Positions 1-8,153 are shown, counted from the stretch's first letter. The stretch: DNA of 24,000 nucleotides from Clostridioides sp. ES-S-0010-02 (GCF_020641055.1 NZ_CP067345.1); one strand, 5' to 3'. The notes: generated by a model not told the origin, from the sequence alone. Made by a program: numbers and translations.

Positions 1-1
1 A

Positions 2-424
2 GCAATTCCTAGAACAGTATTTCTAAATGTTATAAAGGGGAATGTAGGTAAGGTTATAGCAGAAGAGTTTATAAGTTTTATTGAATCAGATTCTAGTCCA
101 TTGATATCTTATGAAGATGTTTTTTTAGGTGATACTATTGATGAACATCTTGTAGAAAGAGTAAAAAATGAAAGTCATACAAGACTTTATTTATCAGCGA
201 TAAATATTCTAAAAAACTTAGAATTAAATATGAAAAATGATGAGTATGAATCAAAATATTATATTGATAGATTTATTGAGTTCTTAAAAATATATCCTAT
301 AGATTTAATGATAGGAATTATGAAGGATATTAGAAATAGCTATATTGAAGTGTATAAAAAAGCTATAGAAAATGAAGAGTTTGTAAAATCTTACTTTGAG
401 TCATATCGTTTAATAAGGGGATAA
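2..424 (+). CDS. 3' end of a CDS entering from upstream of the window. Probably the AAA+ (MoxR/AAA_5-like) ATPase partner of the downstream VWA protein; the family is assigned from context only.
   Basis: Frame 2 is open from base 2 (AIPRTVFLNVIKGNVGKVIAEEF...) and continuous with the listed 101..424 ORF. The stop TAA at 422-424 lies 3 nt before the next ATG, and the SD of that gene (AAGGGGA, 415-421) lies inside this CDS, which indicates translational coupling. No ATPase motif is visible in the part present. Confidence 0.6.
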   Translation, partial: AIPRTVFLNVIKGNVGKVIAEEFISFIESDSSPLISYEDVFLGDTIDEHLVERVKNESHTRLYLSAINILKNLELNMKNDEYESKYYIDRFIEFLKIYPIDLMIGIMKDIRNSYIEVYKKAIENEEFVKSYFESYRLIRG

Positions 425-427
425 TAT

Positions 428-1837
428 ATGGAAAATTATTTTGATAAGCAGGCAAAAGAACTCTATATTAAAGCTAGTGAAATTATAAATACTCATTCTA
501 TGTTAAAGGCAAATCGTGCTAATGAGAAATTTGAGGTAGATATACCAAAAGATTTTAAAGATGAATTTTTTAGTCTTGTAGATAAAGTTAGCTTAAGCCT
601 TATGGAAGAAAAAGATAATTTTTATGGCTATTTTTTGTTTCAGATGTCAAGAGAGATAAGATTTGATATAAGTAGTCCTACAGGTGTGAATTTTAAAGGA
701 GCTAAATACGTCATATACTTTAATCCAATAATTTTTTTAACTCTCAGTATAGAACAGATGGAAAGTACAATAAAGCATGAAATTTATCATATAGTATCTA
801 TGCATTTGGTAAGAGCAAAAGAATTAAAAGGAAAGTATAGTACATTAGCCATTAATATGGCAATGGATATAGTAGTAAATAAATATTTGAATAATTTACC
901 ACCATATGCTACTACTTTAGAATGGGTAAATCTAAAATACTCTCTAAAGCTAGAGCCATATGAACCTTTTGAGTATTATGTAGAAAAGATTCAAACTGAA
1001 TTAGATTTGTTAGAAGAGGATGAAGATGGTGAAGAAGATGATAGCGACAAGTATGGAACTATAGAAACTGATTATAGACCAGAAAAAACTCATGATATAT
1101 GGGAAGAATCCGATGATATAGATGAAAGAACTCTTAGAGAATTTACAGAGAAATTTATTGATAGTTCTCAAAAAGGTAAAATTCCAACACACTTAGAAAA
1201 CATGATAGCAGCCCTTAAAAATAGTAAAGGCGAATTACCATGGAATTTATATCTTAGTAGGTTAATGGGAACTGTTGAAAACAATAAAAAGAAGACTATA
1301 ACAAGGAGAAATAGAAGACAGCCTAATCGATTAGACTTAAGAGGAGAACTTAGAAGTCATAAAGCAGAAATAGCCGTTGCTATTGATATAAGTGGAAGTA
1401 TTAGTGATGAAGAATTTAAACAAGCAATTAAAGAAGTTCTTAATATAGTTAAAAATTATAATCATGAAATTACTATTATAGAGTGTGACAGTGAAATTAG
1501 ACGTGTATATAAAGCAAAAACTATAAAAGATATAAAAGATAGAGTTAAAATAGGTGGAGGCACAAAATTTACTCCAGTTTTCGAATATGCTAATAATAAA
1601 AAGATTAACTTATTAGTTTACTTTACTGATGGTAAGGGTGAAAATAAGCTACAAGTAATACCTAGAGGTTATAAAGTTTTATGGGTTATCTCTGGAAATG
1701 GAGATAAACTTTCACTGAGAGAGCATTATGGAGCAGTTAAAAAACTTAGTAAAGTTGAAACAAAAGATGATATATTAGAGATAAACGATATTAGAAATGA
1801 TGGATACTCAATGAATAGTCAAGCACCAATTTTATAA
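428..1837 (+). CDS. Putative metallopeptidase-like plus VWA-domain protein (DUF2201-type architecture).
   Basis: 469 aa ORF. It has an HExxH motif (TIKHEIYHIVSMH), an acidic linker (EEDEDGEEDDSD) and a C-terminal VWA fold with the MIDAS motif DxSxS (AIDISGSISDEE). It is coupled to the upstream CDS. Confidence 0.8.
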   Translation: MENYFDKQAKELYIKASEIINTHSMLKANRANEKFEVDIPKDFKDEFFSLVDKVSLSLMEEKDNFYGYFLFQMSREIRFDISSPTGVNFKGAKYVIYFNPIIFLTLSIEQMESTIKHEIYHIVSMHLVRAKELKGKYSTLAINMAMDIVVNKYLNNLPPYATTLEWVNLKYSLKLEPYEPFEYYVEKIQTELDLLEEDEDGEEDDSDKYGTIETDYRPEKTHDIWEESDDIDERTLREFTEKFIDSSQKGKIPTHLENMIAALKNSKGELPWNLYLSRLMGTVENNKKKTITRRNRRQPNRLDLRGELRSHKAEIAVAIDISGSISDEEFKQAIKEVLNIVKNYNHEITIIECDSEIRRVYKAKTIKDIKDRVKIGGGTKFTPVFEYANNKKINLLVYFTDGKGENKLQVIPRGYKVLWVISGNGDKLSLREHYGAVKKLSKVETKDDILEINDIRNDGYSMNSQAPIL

Positions 1838-1905
1838 ATATTATAATGGGTATGATTGTTATGATTTGTTCGATTGTTATGGTTTACTTACTATCCAAAT
1901 TAATG

Positions 1906-1945
1906 AAAAATACATTGATTAATAGTCAATGTATTTTTTATTATT
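1906..1945 (+). terminator. Rho-independent terminator after the VWA gene.
   Basis: AAAAATACATTGA (1906-1918) pairs with TCAATGTATTTTT (1926-1938) around a 7-nt loop and is followed by a T-rich tail. Confidence 0.7.
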
Positions 1946-1964
1946 TAAACAATAAAAGTTTTAC

Positions 1965-1994
1965 TTAGCTTAAACTCTCAAAATATGGTACAAT
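1965..1994 (+). promoter_or_regulatory. Candidate sigma-A promoter for the CarD-like gene.
   Basis: TTAGCT (1965-1970), an 18-nt spacer, then TACAAT (1989-1994) preceded by a TG (extended -10, TATGGTACAAT). Confidence 0.35.
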
Positions 1995-2069
1995 TAGTAT
2001 ATAGTAGATAGTTTTGATGATGTAAATTCAGTTGTCAAAACTATTTTTTGTTAAGGATGGTGAGGTTTT

Positions 2070-2567
2070 GTGTTTAAGATTGATGATTATATAATGTACG
2101 GAATGACAGGTGTTTGTAAAGTTTTGGACATAACAAACGAAAAAATTACAAATGGTGTACAAAAAGAATATTATGTATTAAGTCCCCTTTATTCTAATAA
2201 TACAATAATAAAAATACCTGTTGATAATAAGAAAGTTCCAATGAGAAAGATACTTTCTGAAGTTACTGTGGCTTCGCTAATAAATGATATACCTAATATG
2301 GATACATCATGGATAGATAATGAAAAAATGAGAAGTGAGCAATTTAAAGTGATGCTTAGAAGTGGTAAGTGTGAAGAGTTACTTAAATTAATAAGAAGTA
2401 TATACTGTAATAAAGAACATATAAAATCTCTTGGTAAAAAATCACATCAAGCAGACGATAATATGATGAAAGAAGCAGAAAGATTATTAAACGAAGAGTT
2501 TGCAACTGTTTTGAATATTTCTCCTGATGAAGTTACTTCATATATATCAAGTCATATACCGCAATAA
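2070..2567 (+). CDS. CarD/CdnL/TRCF-family transcriptional regulator.
   Basis: 165 aa with a GTG start after the SD GGTGAGG. The N-terminal motif FKIDDYIMYGMTGVCKVLDI...EYYVL is typical of the CarD_CdnL_TRCF RNAP-interaction domain. Confidence 0.8.
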   Translation: MFKIDDYIMYGMTGVCKVLDITNEKITNGVQKEYYVLSPLYSNNTIIKIPVDNKKVPMRKILSEVTVASLINDIPNMDTSWIDNEKMRSEQFKVMLRSGKCEELLKLIRSIYCNKEHIKSLGKKSHQADDNMMKEAERLLNEEFATVLNISPDEVTSYISSHIPQ

Positions 2568-2949
2568 AGTATTTTTTATATTATCTCCTACTTAAAAAGT
2601 ATAGCATAGTTAAAACTATAAAGAAAAAGAAAATAATATTTAAATATAATTTTACAATAAGTATTTATGAATATTTTATTGCTATTTTTAATTATTTCAG
2701 AATATTATTTATTCGCATTGTTTTACTAAAAATTGAATATATAATATTATAGGAATTGTTAAAATGATGTTTATAATATACAATTCTTAAAAAATTAAAT
2801 TATTATTGAAAATACTTTTTAATCAAGGGGATGATTGAATGGTAAGTTTAATAAGCATGTTGAAAATCTGAAGTAAAATTAATAATATTATAAGAGTATT
2901 ATCATTTAAAATATATGACAATATAAAATATATTCTAGTGTTAATTGAT

Positions 2950-2992
2950 AAGGTGACTACTATATTAAATAGAAGTCACCTTATTTAATTTT
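2950..2992 (+). terminator. Orphan rho-independent terminator-like hairpin inside the long spacer.
   Basis: AAGGTGACT (2950-2958) pairs with AGTCACCTT (2974-2982) around a 15-nt loop, followed by ATTTAATTTT. Confidence 0.5.
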
Positions 2993-4972
2993 ACCTACAT
3001 CGTAAAAACTTATATTTTATTAAAGTAAAATAGGCTCATTTAAGTTACACATAGTTTTAATTTCTATGTAAAAAATTTTATTTTCAGCTTCATATAAACA
3101 AACTTTTAACTTAAATTTATCCAGATTATTATTTTTATATTATTGCTAGAATTAAGTATATTACGAAGATGTTTTTAAATATTAACATTAAATTATTTGG
3201 AATTATACTAATATAAACATAAGCTATATTTATTATAAATACTACAATTTAGCTATTTATTTAAGAAATAATTATTTTTTATAAATGAAAACATAGATTA
3301 GATAAATGCTTCTAGCTTAGAAGAGTACATTATAAATATAATCGACAAAATAAGACTAAATATATCTTTATAATTTGAATTGATATATTTGCTGTATATT
3401 TATAGTGTAACTTGAAAAATTATAGATATACAAAATTTAGAGTATTTCTAAAATAGTAATATATAATAATTACTATAGTTTGTTTTTAATCAAACTTTTT
3501 TATTTTAATTAAGTAAATATTAAGTTAACAGATAAAAAATGATGGATTTTAAGGAATTTAAATTTATTAAAAAAGTATTTACTACTTTTGTTGTATTTAT
3601 TTAACAATTTTATTGATTGTGTATTTAGAATAATTATGATTAGGTGTAAATTTAGAATTTATAAGTTTAAGAAATAAAGTTATATCTTAAAGGTGAAGTA
3701 TCTCTACTATTCTAAAAATTAATGAAATTTATTAAATTAATCAAAAAAATAACAATCATTTAAAAGTTAAAAATAGTTAATTAAAATTGATTAGAATATC
3801 CTTTTTTTTTATTTTATCATTGATAATATTTCTTAAATAATAAATGTTATTTGGTGGAGTATAGTCTAAATAATATAAGTTGCATATCAAAAACCTATCC
3901 AATAAATAATATGAATACATAGAACAACAAAATTTCATATCTAAAAAACTATTTTGAGACTTAGTTTAACTTATATTTCCAGACAAAAAAATTATATAAT
4001 ATACTTGACAAGTATAATTTGATTTATTCTAATTATTTACTGTCGATTATTCGATTTTTTTCTTATTTTTTTGTTGCATATAAGTATGTGTTTATGGTAC
4101 GATTTACATGGTGAAATAAATAAAGGGAGGTGAAAAATAAATATTCGTGAAAAAGTTTTCAAATTGAGGTATTTTATGGTTAATAAATTATAATAGTATC
4201 ACCTCAATTAATAATGTCAAAGCGAATATCTAGGTAATCACTTTAAAACAACAGTTTTTATATTTAGGTTCACAGAATTCATGTGTATGTTTAACAAGAA
4301 ATAAATTTAATCTGTGAAGAGATAGTAGTTTATTTATTTAAGTTGACAAGTAATTGAATGAAGTATTTAGAAATTTTTCAAAAAAATAAAGACAGTATTT
4401 ATTTGTATAAATACATGTTGCTTTATTCAAAACTCCTTTAAAAAGGCAATAGTAAGGTGATTACACCGTTTGCCATAAAAGGAGGAATTTAGTTTGTAAA
4501 ATACTATCAAGTAAAAAAATAAGAATTGCATATAGTAAAGAGTTTCACATTTAATTAGTAGTAGTTAAATTAGAAAAAATTACTAGAGTGATGAATTTAG
4601 AAGTTAGATATAAAATTATCCATTGTGTTATGGCAATATTGTATTTAAGCTAAATAATAATTAATGAACTAATAATTTATAGTTTGGTTTTTTGTGGTGT
4701 CAATTTATAAAGATAACAGGTTATAAATATACCTGAAAATAATGAATTTATATAATTTAAATTTATAGCTATATTATTTTGAATTTATTGACAATAAAGA
4801 TGTTAATCTTTATTCCATGAAAACATCTAGATTCTACAAATAAAAACGCAATTATCTTAATAATTATTACGAATTGTTTTACAAAACAATATCACCATAT
4901 CTTTCATTGAAAGAAAGAGTCTGGATAAAACGTAGAAAATATAAAAATACAATTAAGAAAGGATTTAAACTT

Positions 4973-6328
4973 ATGAGCACAACAGTAAATAAAAAGGGTA
5001 AATTCCCTATAGGATTTTATATCTGTGCAACAACTTTCTCGTTTGAAAGAGCAGCATATTATTCTGCAAAGTTTTTAATTTATATATTCCTTACAACAGC
5101 AATTGTTAAAGGTGGTCTTGGAATAGATAAAGGACAAGCAGCTATAATGCAAGCTAACCTTGTTGCATTCACATATCTTGCGCCAATAATTGGAGGATAT
5201 ATATCAGATAGATGGATAGGAGCTAGGTATACTATACCTATAGGTATGCTTATCATGGGGATAGGATACTATCTTGGTTCTATTGCAACTACAGCTTCTA
5301 TGGTAAATGCAATGATAATTCTAGTTTCAATTGGTACTGCATTCTTTAAAGGAAATGTATCAGCAGTAAATGGACAACTTTTTGATAATCAAGAAGAACT
5401 TGATACAGCATTCTCAGTACAATATTCTTTTGTTAATATAGGTTCTTTCATCGGAACAACAGCAGTAGGTATACTTTATGCCAATACATTCATGAAAAAT
5501 GGAGTATATGGTTTCTCTCAATGTTTCTTCATAGCAGCTGTTCTTTGTGTAATTGGTGCAATATGGTTCACATATGGATGGAGATTCCTTGGAAATGCAG
5601 GAAAAAGACCTTTTAAAGAAGGTGTGGTAGCTGAGAAAGTTGAAGAAAAAGATAATGCTCCTCTTACAAGTATGGATAAGAAGAGAATTTGGGCTATTAT
5701 ACTTATTTCATTCTTCTCTGTAATTTTCTGGTTATTCTGGTATCTAACTTATCTTGCAGTTTATGATTATGGTGCAGCGTTTGTAAACATGACTATTGGA
5801 GGATTTGACATTCCTTTAGCTTGGTTTGACTCATTAAATGCACTTGTATGTATTGTACTAGGTCCAGTTCTTGGAGCGTTATGGTTTAAACTTGCCAGTA
5901 GACCACAAGGTGATATAAGTTTATTTAAAAAGACAGGTCTTGGATTAATATTCTTAGGTCTTGCATTCTTAATGCTTGTTGGAGCAGAGCTTACAAGAGG
6001 TGTTGGAGCTCCTGAAACTGTTAAAGCTAGTATAATATGGATAATTATGTTTGGTATACTTCTAAGTTTTGGAGAAATGTTATTCTCACCACTTGGGAAC
6101 TCTTTCGTAAGTAAGTATGCTCCTAAAAAACTTCTAGGTGTTCTTATGGGAGTTTGGACATTTGCTACTTTTATAGCTGGTCAAGGATATGGATATATAT
6201 ATGCATTTACTCTTAAATTTGATATGATTAAAGTATATACTATAATTCCAGTGATACTATTTGTTGCAGCTATATTATTATTCTTATTTGACAAGACATT
6301 AAGTAAACTTGTTGAGGAAGATAACTAA
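4973..6328 (+). CDS. dtpT: POT/PTR2-family proton-dependent di/tripeptide permease.
   Basis: The start is moved from the listed TTG at 4874 to the ATG at 4973 (SD AAAGGA, 9 nt upstream). The product has multiple TM helices and the PTR2 signature GGYISDRWIGARYTI. An ExxER-like region (FSFERAAYY) lies near the N-terminus. Confidence 0.85.
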   Translation: MSTTVNKKGKFPIGFYICATTFSFERAAYYSAKFLIYIFLTTAIVKGGLGIDKGQAAIMQANLVAFTYLAPIIGGYISDRWIGARYTIPIGMLIMGIGYYLGSIATTASMVNAMIILVSIGTAFFKGNVSAVNGQLFDNQEELDTAFSVQYSFVNIGSFIGTTAVGILYANTFMKNGVYGFSQCFFIAAVLCVIGAIWFTYGWRFLGNAGKRPFKEGVVAEKVEEKDNAPLTSMDKKRIWAIILISFFSVIFWLFWYLTYLAVYDYGAAFVNMTIGGFDIPLAWFDSLNALVCIVLGPVLGALWFKLASRPQGDISLFKKTGLGLIFLGLAFLMLVGAELTRGVGAPETVKASIIWIIMFGILLSFGEMLFSPLGNSFVSKYAPKKLLGVLMGVWTFATFIAGQGYGYIYAFTLKFDMIKVYTIIPVILFVAAILLFLFDKTLSKLVEEDN

Positions 6329-6475
6329 TCAATAAATAACTATTATACTAATGAGATTAATTTAGTATGGTTATATTGTATTAGATTGATATAAAGCTAA
6401 TTGTTAATAATCATAAAGTGTTACTTTTTAACACGATATATGGTGAAATAAGTTTGTTAAATAAAATATATAAAT

Positions 6476-6507
6476 AAAAATACTAGTCAATTAAGACTAG
6501 TATTTTT
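6476..6507. terminator. Bidirectional terminator between the convergent permease and PhzF-like genes.
   Basis: TACTAGTC (6481-6488) pairs with GACTAGTA (6495-6502) around a 6-nt loop. It is flanked by A5 on the left and T5 on the right. Confidence 0.75.
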
Positions 6508-6532
6508 ATTTATTGTTAAATCAGATAAAGAA

Positions 6533-7414
6533 TTAATACACAATTTCTCCACTTAAAATAGTATAGGCGCTTCCTCCAATTTTTACAGAAGTGATATCAT
6601 TGTTTTCTTTACATATATTTACATATACCTTTCCAGGTCTATTTATGAAGTTTCCTTCTTCACCAATAAAGTCAGTTTTATCTAAAATATTGTGTTGTAC
6701 TATATAAGATGATACACAAGCATTGCCAGTTCCACATACAGGGTCTTCTGTGACTCCAACATATGGAGCTATAGATCTTAAATGATAGTCACAATTTTTA
6801 TCTATAGTTTCTATACAAAATGGAGTTATTCCAATTAGATTATTATCAGCACTAAATTCTTTTATTTTATTTAAGTCTGGAGAAATATTTTCTAAATCAT
6901 CTAGAGACTTTAATCCAAAAACAAGCCACCAAATTCCTGTATTTACTTTCATAATTGGATATTCAAGAAGTCTATCTTCTTTTACACCTATCATTTGTGC
7001 AATCTCTTTTTTATAGCTATTTAGATTTTCGAATTTAGGAGGATTTTGTTCCATCATAAATATGTTTTCATTATCTATTTCCTTAAGTTCTACAGATAGT
7101 ACACCAGCTTTTGTCTCTTGATAAAAGATATTCTTATTAGTATTAAGTTTTCCTTCTTCTAAAAGAGCATGGAATGTTCCTATTGTAGCATGACCACACA
7201 AGTCAACTTCTAAGCCAGGTGTGAAAAATTGAACCTTGAAATCTGCTACATCAGATTCTGAAACAAATGCAGTCTCTGATAAATTCATTTCCTTTGCTAT
7301 ATTCTGTTTGATTTCGTCAGAAATATTGGATGCATCAGTGACTACACCAGCAGGATTTCCTCCAAAAGGTATTGTTGTAAATGCATCAACTTGTTTGATT
7401 TTAACTTTATTCAT
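6533..7414 (-). CDS. PhzF-family (phenazine biosynthesis-like) isomerase/epimerase-fold protein.
   Basis: 293 aa. The N-terminus VDAFTTIPFGGNPAGVV and the motif NLSETAFV are typical of PhzF/YddE-family proteins. Confidence 0.8.
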   Translation of the reverse strand: MNKVKIKQVDAFTTIPFGGNPAGVVTDASNISDEIKQNIAKEMNLSETAFVSESDVADFKVQFFTPGLEVDLCGHATIGTFHALLEEGKLNTNKNIFYQETKAGVLSVELKEIDNENIFMMEQNPPKFENLNSYKKEIAQMIGVKEDRLLEYPIMKVNTGIWWLVFGLKSLDDLENISPDLNKIKEFSADNNLIGITPFCIETIDKNCDYHLRSIAPYVGVTEDPVCGTGNACVSSYIVQHNILDKTDFIGEEGNFINRPGKVYVNICKENNDITSVKIGGSAYTILSGEIVY

Positions 7415-8153
7415 CTTTAAGACCCCCTTTTATTTTTTGTGAAATATAAATTTCATGTTGTATGTATTGATTTCCAATATATAAAATATTAGAATTTTTT
7501 GTCCAAATTGAAATAGCTTCATTACCTTCAGATAAATTTCCTGTTAATATTTCAGACTCATCTACAATTAAAAGAATACCTTTATAAAGTTTTTTGTTTT
7601 TAAGTGTAGTTTCATTACCTCCATGGATATGAATATTGCTTAGACCTTCTATCTTTTTATCTTCCAAAAGTAGTATTTCAACATTAACATTTTTTTTAGA
7701 AGCAGTTAAAAGCTCATCTTTTAGGTCTAGAATTTCTTCATGAGAACAAGAAATTATAATTTCTTGTTTGGCGTTATTTATCATTTCGATTGCTTTTTTT
7801 AATATATTTTTAGAGCTTTTTATGTTTAAAACATATTCTATACTTTTTCCTTTATTTAATATCTGTAAGTTGTTTTCTAGTTTGTCCATAGAATTATTGA
7901 ATTCTTCTTTTTTACTTTTTAGTAATTCATTAGGGTTTATAGGTACATATTTTATAGGGTCAGTTTCAATATTGATAATTATATTATTGTTAAGTAATTT
8001 TGTTATATTTTCGTAGACTTTTGATTGTGGTACACCTGATAATTTACTTATTTCATAACCAGTTAGAGGGTTTTCCTTTAGTAATGATATGTAGATTTGT
8101 GATTCATATTTGGTAAATCCTATGTTTTGTAGTTCGTTAACTATAGTATCCAT
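7407..8153 (-). CDS. TrmB-family transcriptional regulator.
   Basis: 248 aa. The N-terminal wHTH (LQNIGFTKYESQIYISLLKENPLTGYEISKLSGVPQSKVYENI) matches the TrmB pattern. Its 3' end overlaps the PhzF-like start by 8 nt. Confidence 0.8.
   Translation of the reverse strand: MDTIVNELQNIGFTKYESQIYISLLKENPLTGYEISKLSGVPQSKVYENITKLLNNNIIINIETDPIKYVPINPNELLKSKKEEFNNSMDKLENNLQILNKGKSIEYVLNIKSSKNILKKAIEMINNAKQEIIISCSHEEILDLKDELLTASKKNVNVEILLLEDKKIEGLSNIHIHGGNETTLKNKKLYKGILLIVDESEILTGNLSEGNEAISIWTKNSNILYIGNQYIQHEIYISQKIKGGLKDE

Noticed and set aside
1010-1192. Listed short antisense or alternate-frame ORFs: 1010-1192, 7236-7442, 7768-8016, 12824-13006, 15778-16005, 16687-16923 and 22254-22514.
   Set aside because: Each is nested inside or opposite a longer ORF with clear family motifs. 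They have no SD and give low-complexity translations. The 22254-22514 ORF is an alternate-frame artefact of the locally higher GC in the ClC gene.
4001-4015. The recurrent TTGACAAGTA motif (4005, 4343, 9771) and the palindrome ATACTTGACAAGTAT (4001-4015), considered as a shared operator.
   Set aside because: There are only three occurrences. The conserved part is essentially the -35 consensus TTGACA plus four AT-rich bases, and downstream -10 elements are weak. I cannot distinguish this from chance or from ordinary promoters without genome-wide statistics.
4040-4500. A T-box, preQ1, c-di-GMP or other known riboswitch in the long spacer.
   Set aside because: I found no T-box consensus (AGGGTGGTACCGCG-like) and no GEMM-like conserved GC-rich helices. 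The 4445-4485 hairpin plus A-rich tail resembles a preQ1-I layout only superficially and lacks its conserved nucleotides. There is also no gene immediately downstream.
3113-4925. DnaA-box-like 9-mers TTATCCAGA (3113-3121 on the plus strand, 4917-4925 on the minus strand) that might mark an origin-like AT-rich region.
   Set aside because: There are only two boxes. Each has one mismatch to TTATCCACA, they lie 1.8 kb apart, and there is no cluster and no dnaA/dnaN context. This is compatible with chance in 2.4 kb of AT-rich DNA.
4874-4972. N-terminal extensions of listed ORFs: 4874 for the permease, 9871 for the RR, 14445 for the antiterminator, 18553 for the SIS protein, 19982 for DUF2087 and 21911 for ClC.
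   Set aside because: In each case an internal ATG or GTG preceded by a good SD at 5-9 nt gives an N-terminus that matches the family pattern. The upstream extension has no SD and in some cases crosses promoter or palindrome elements.
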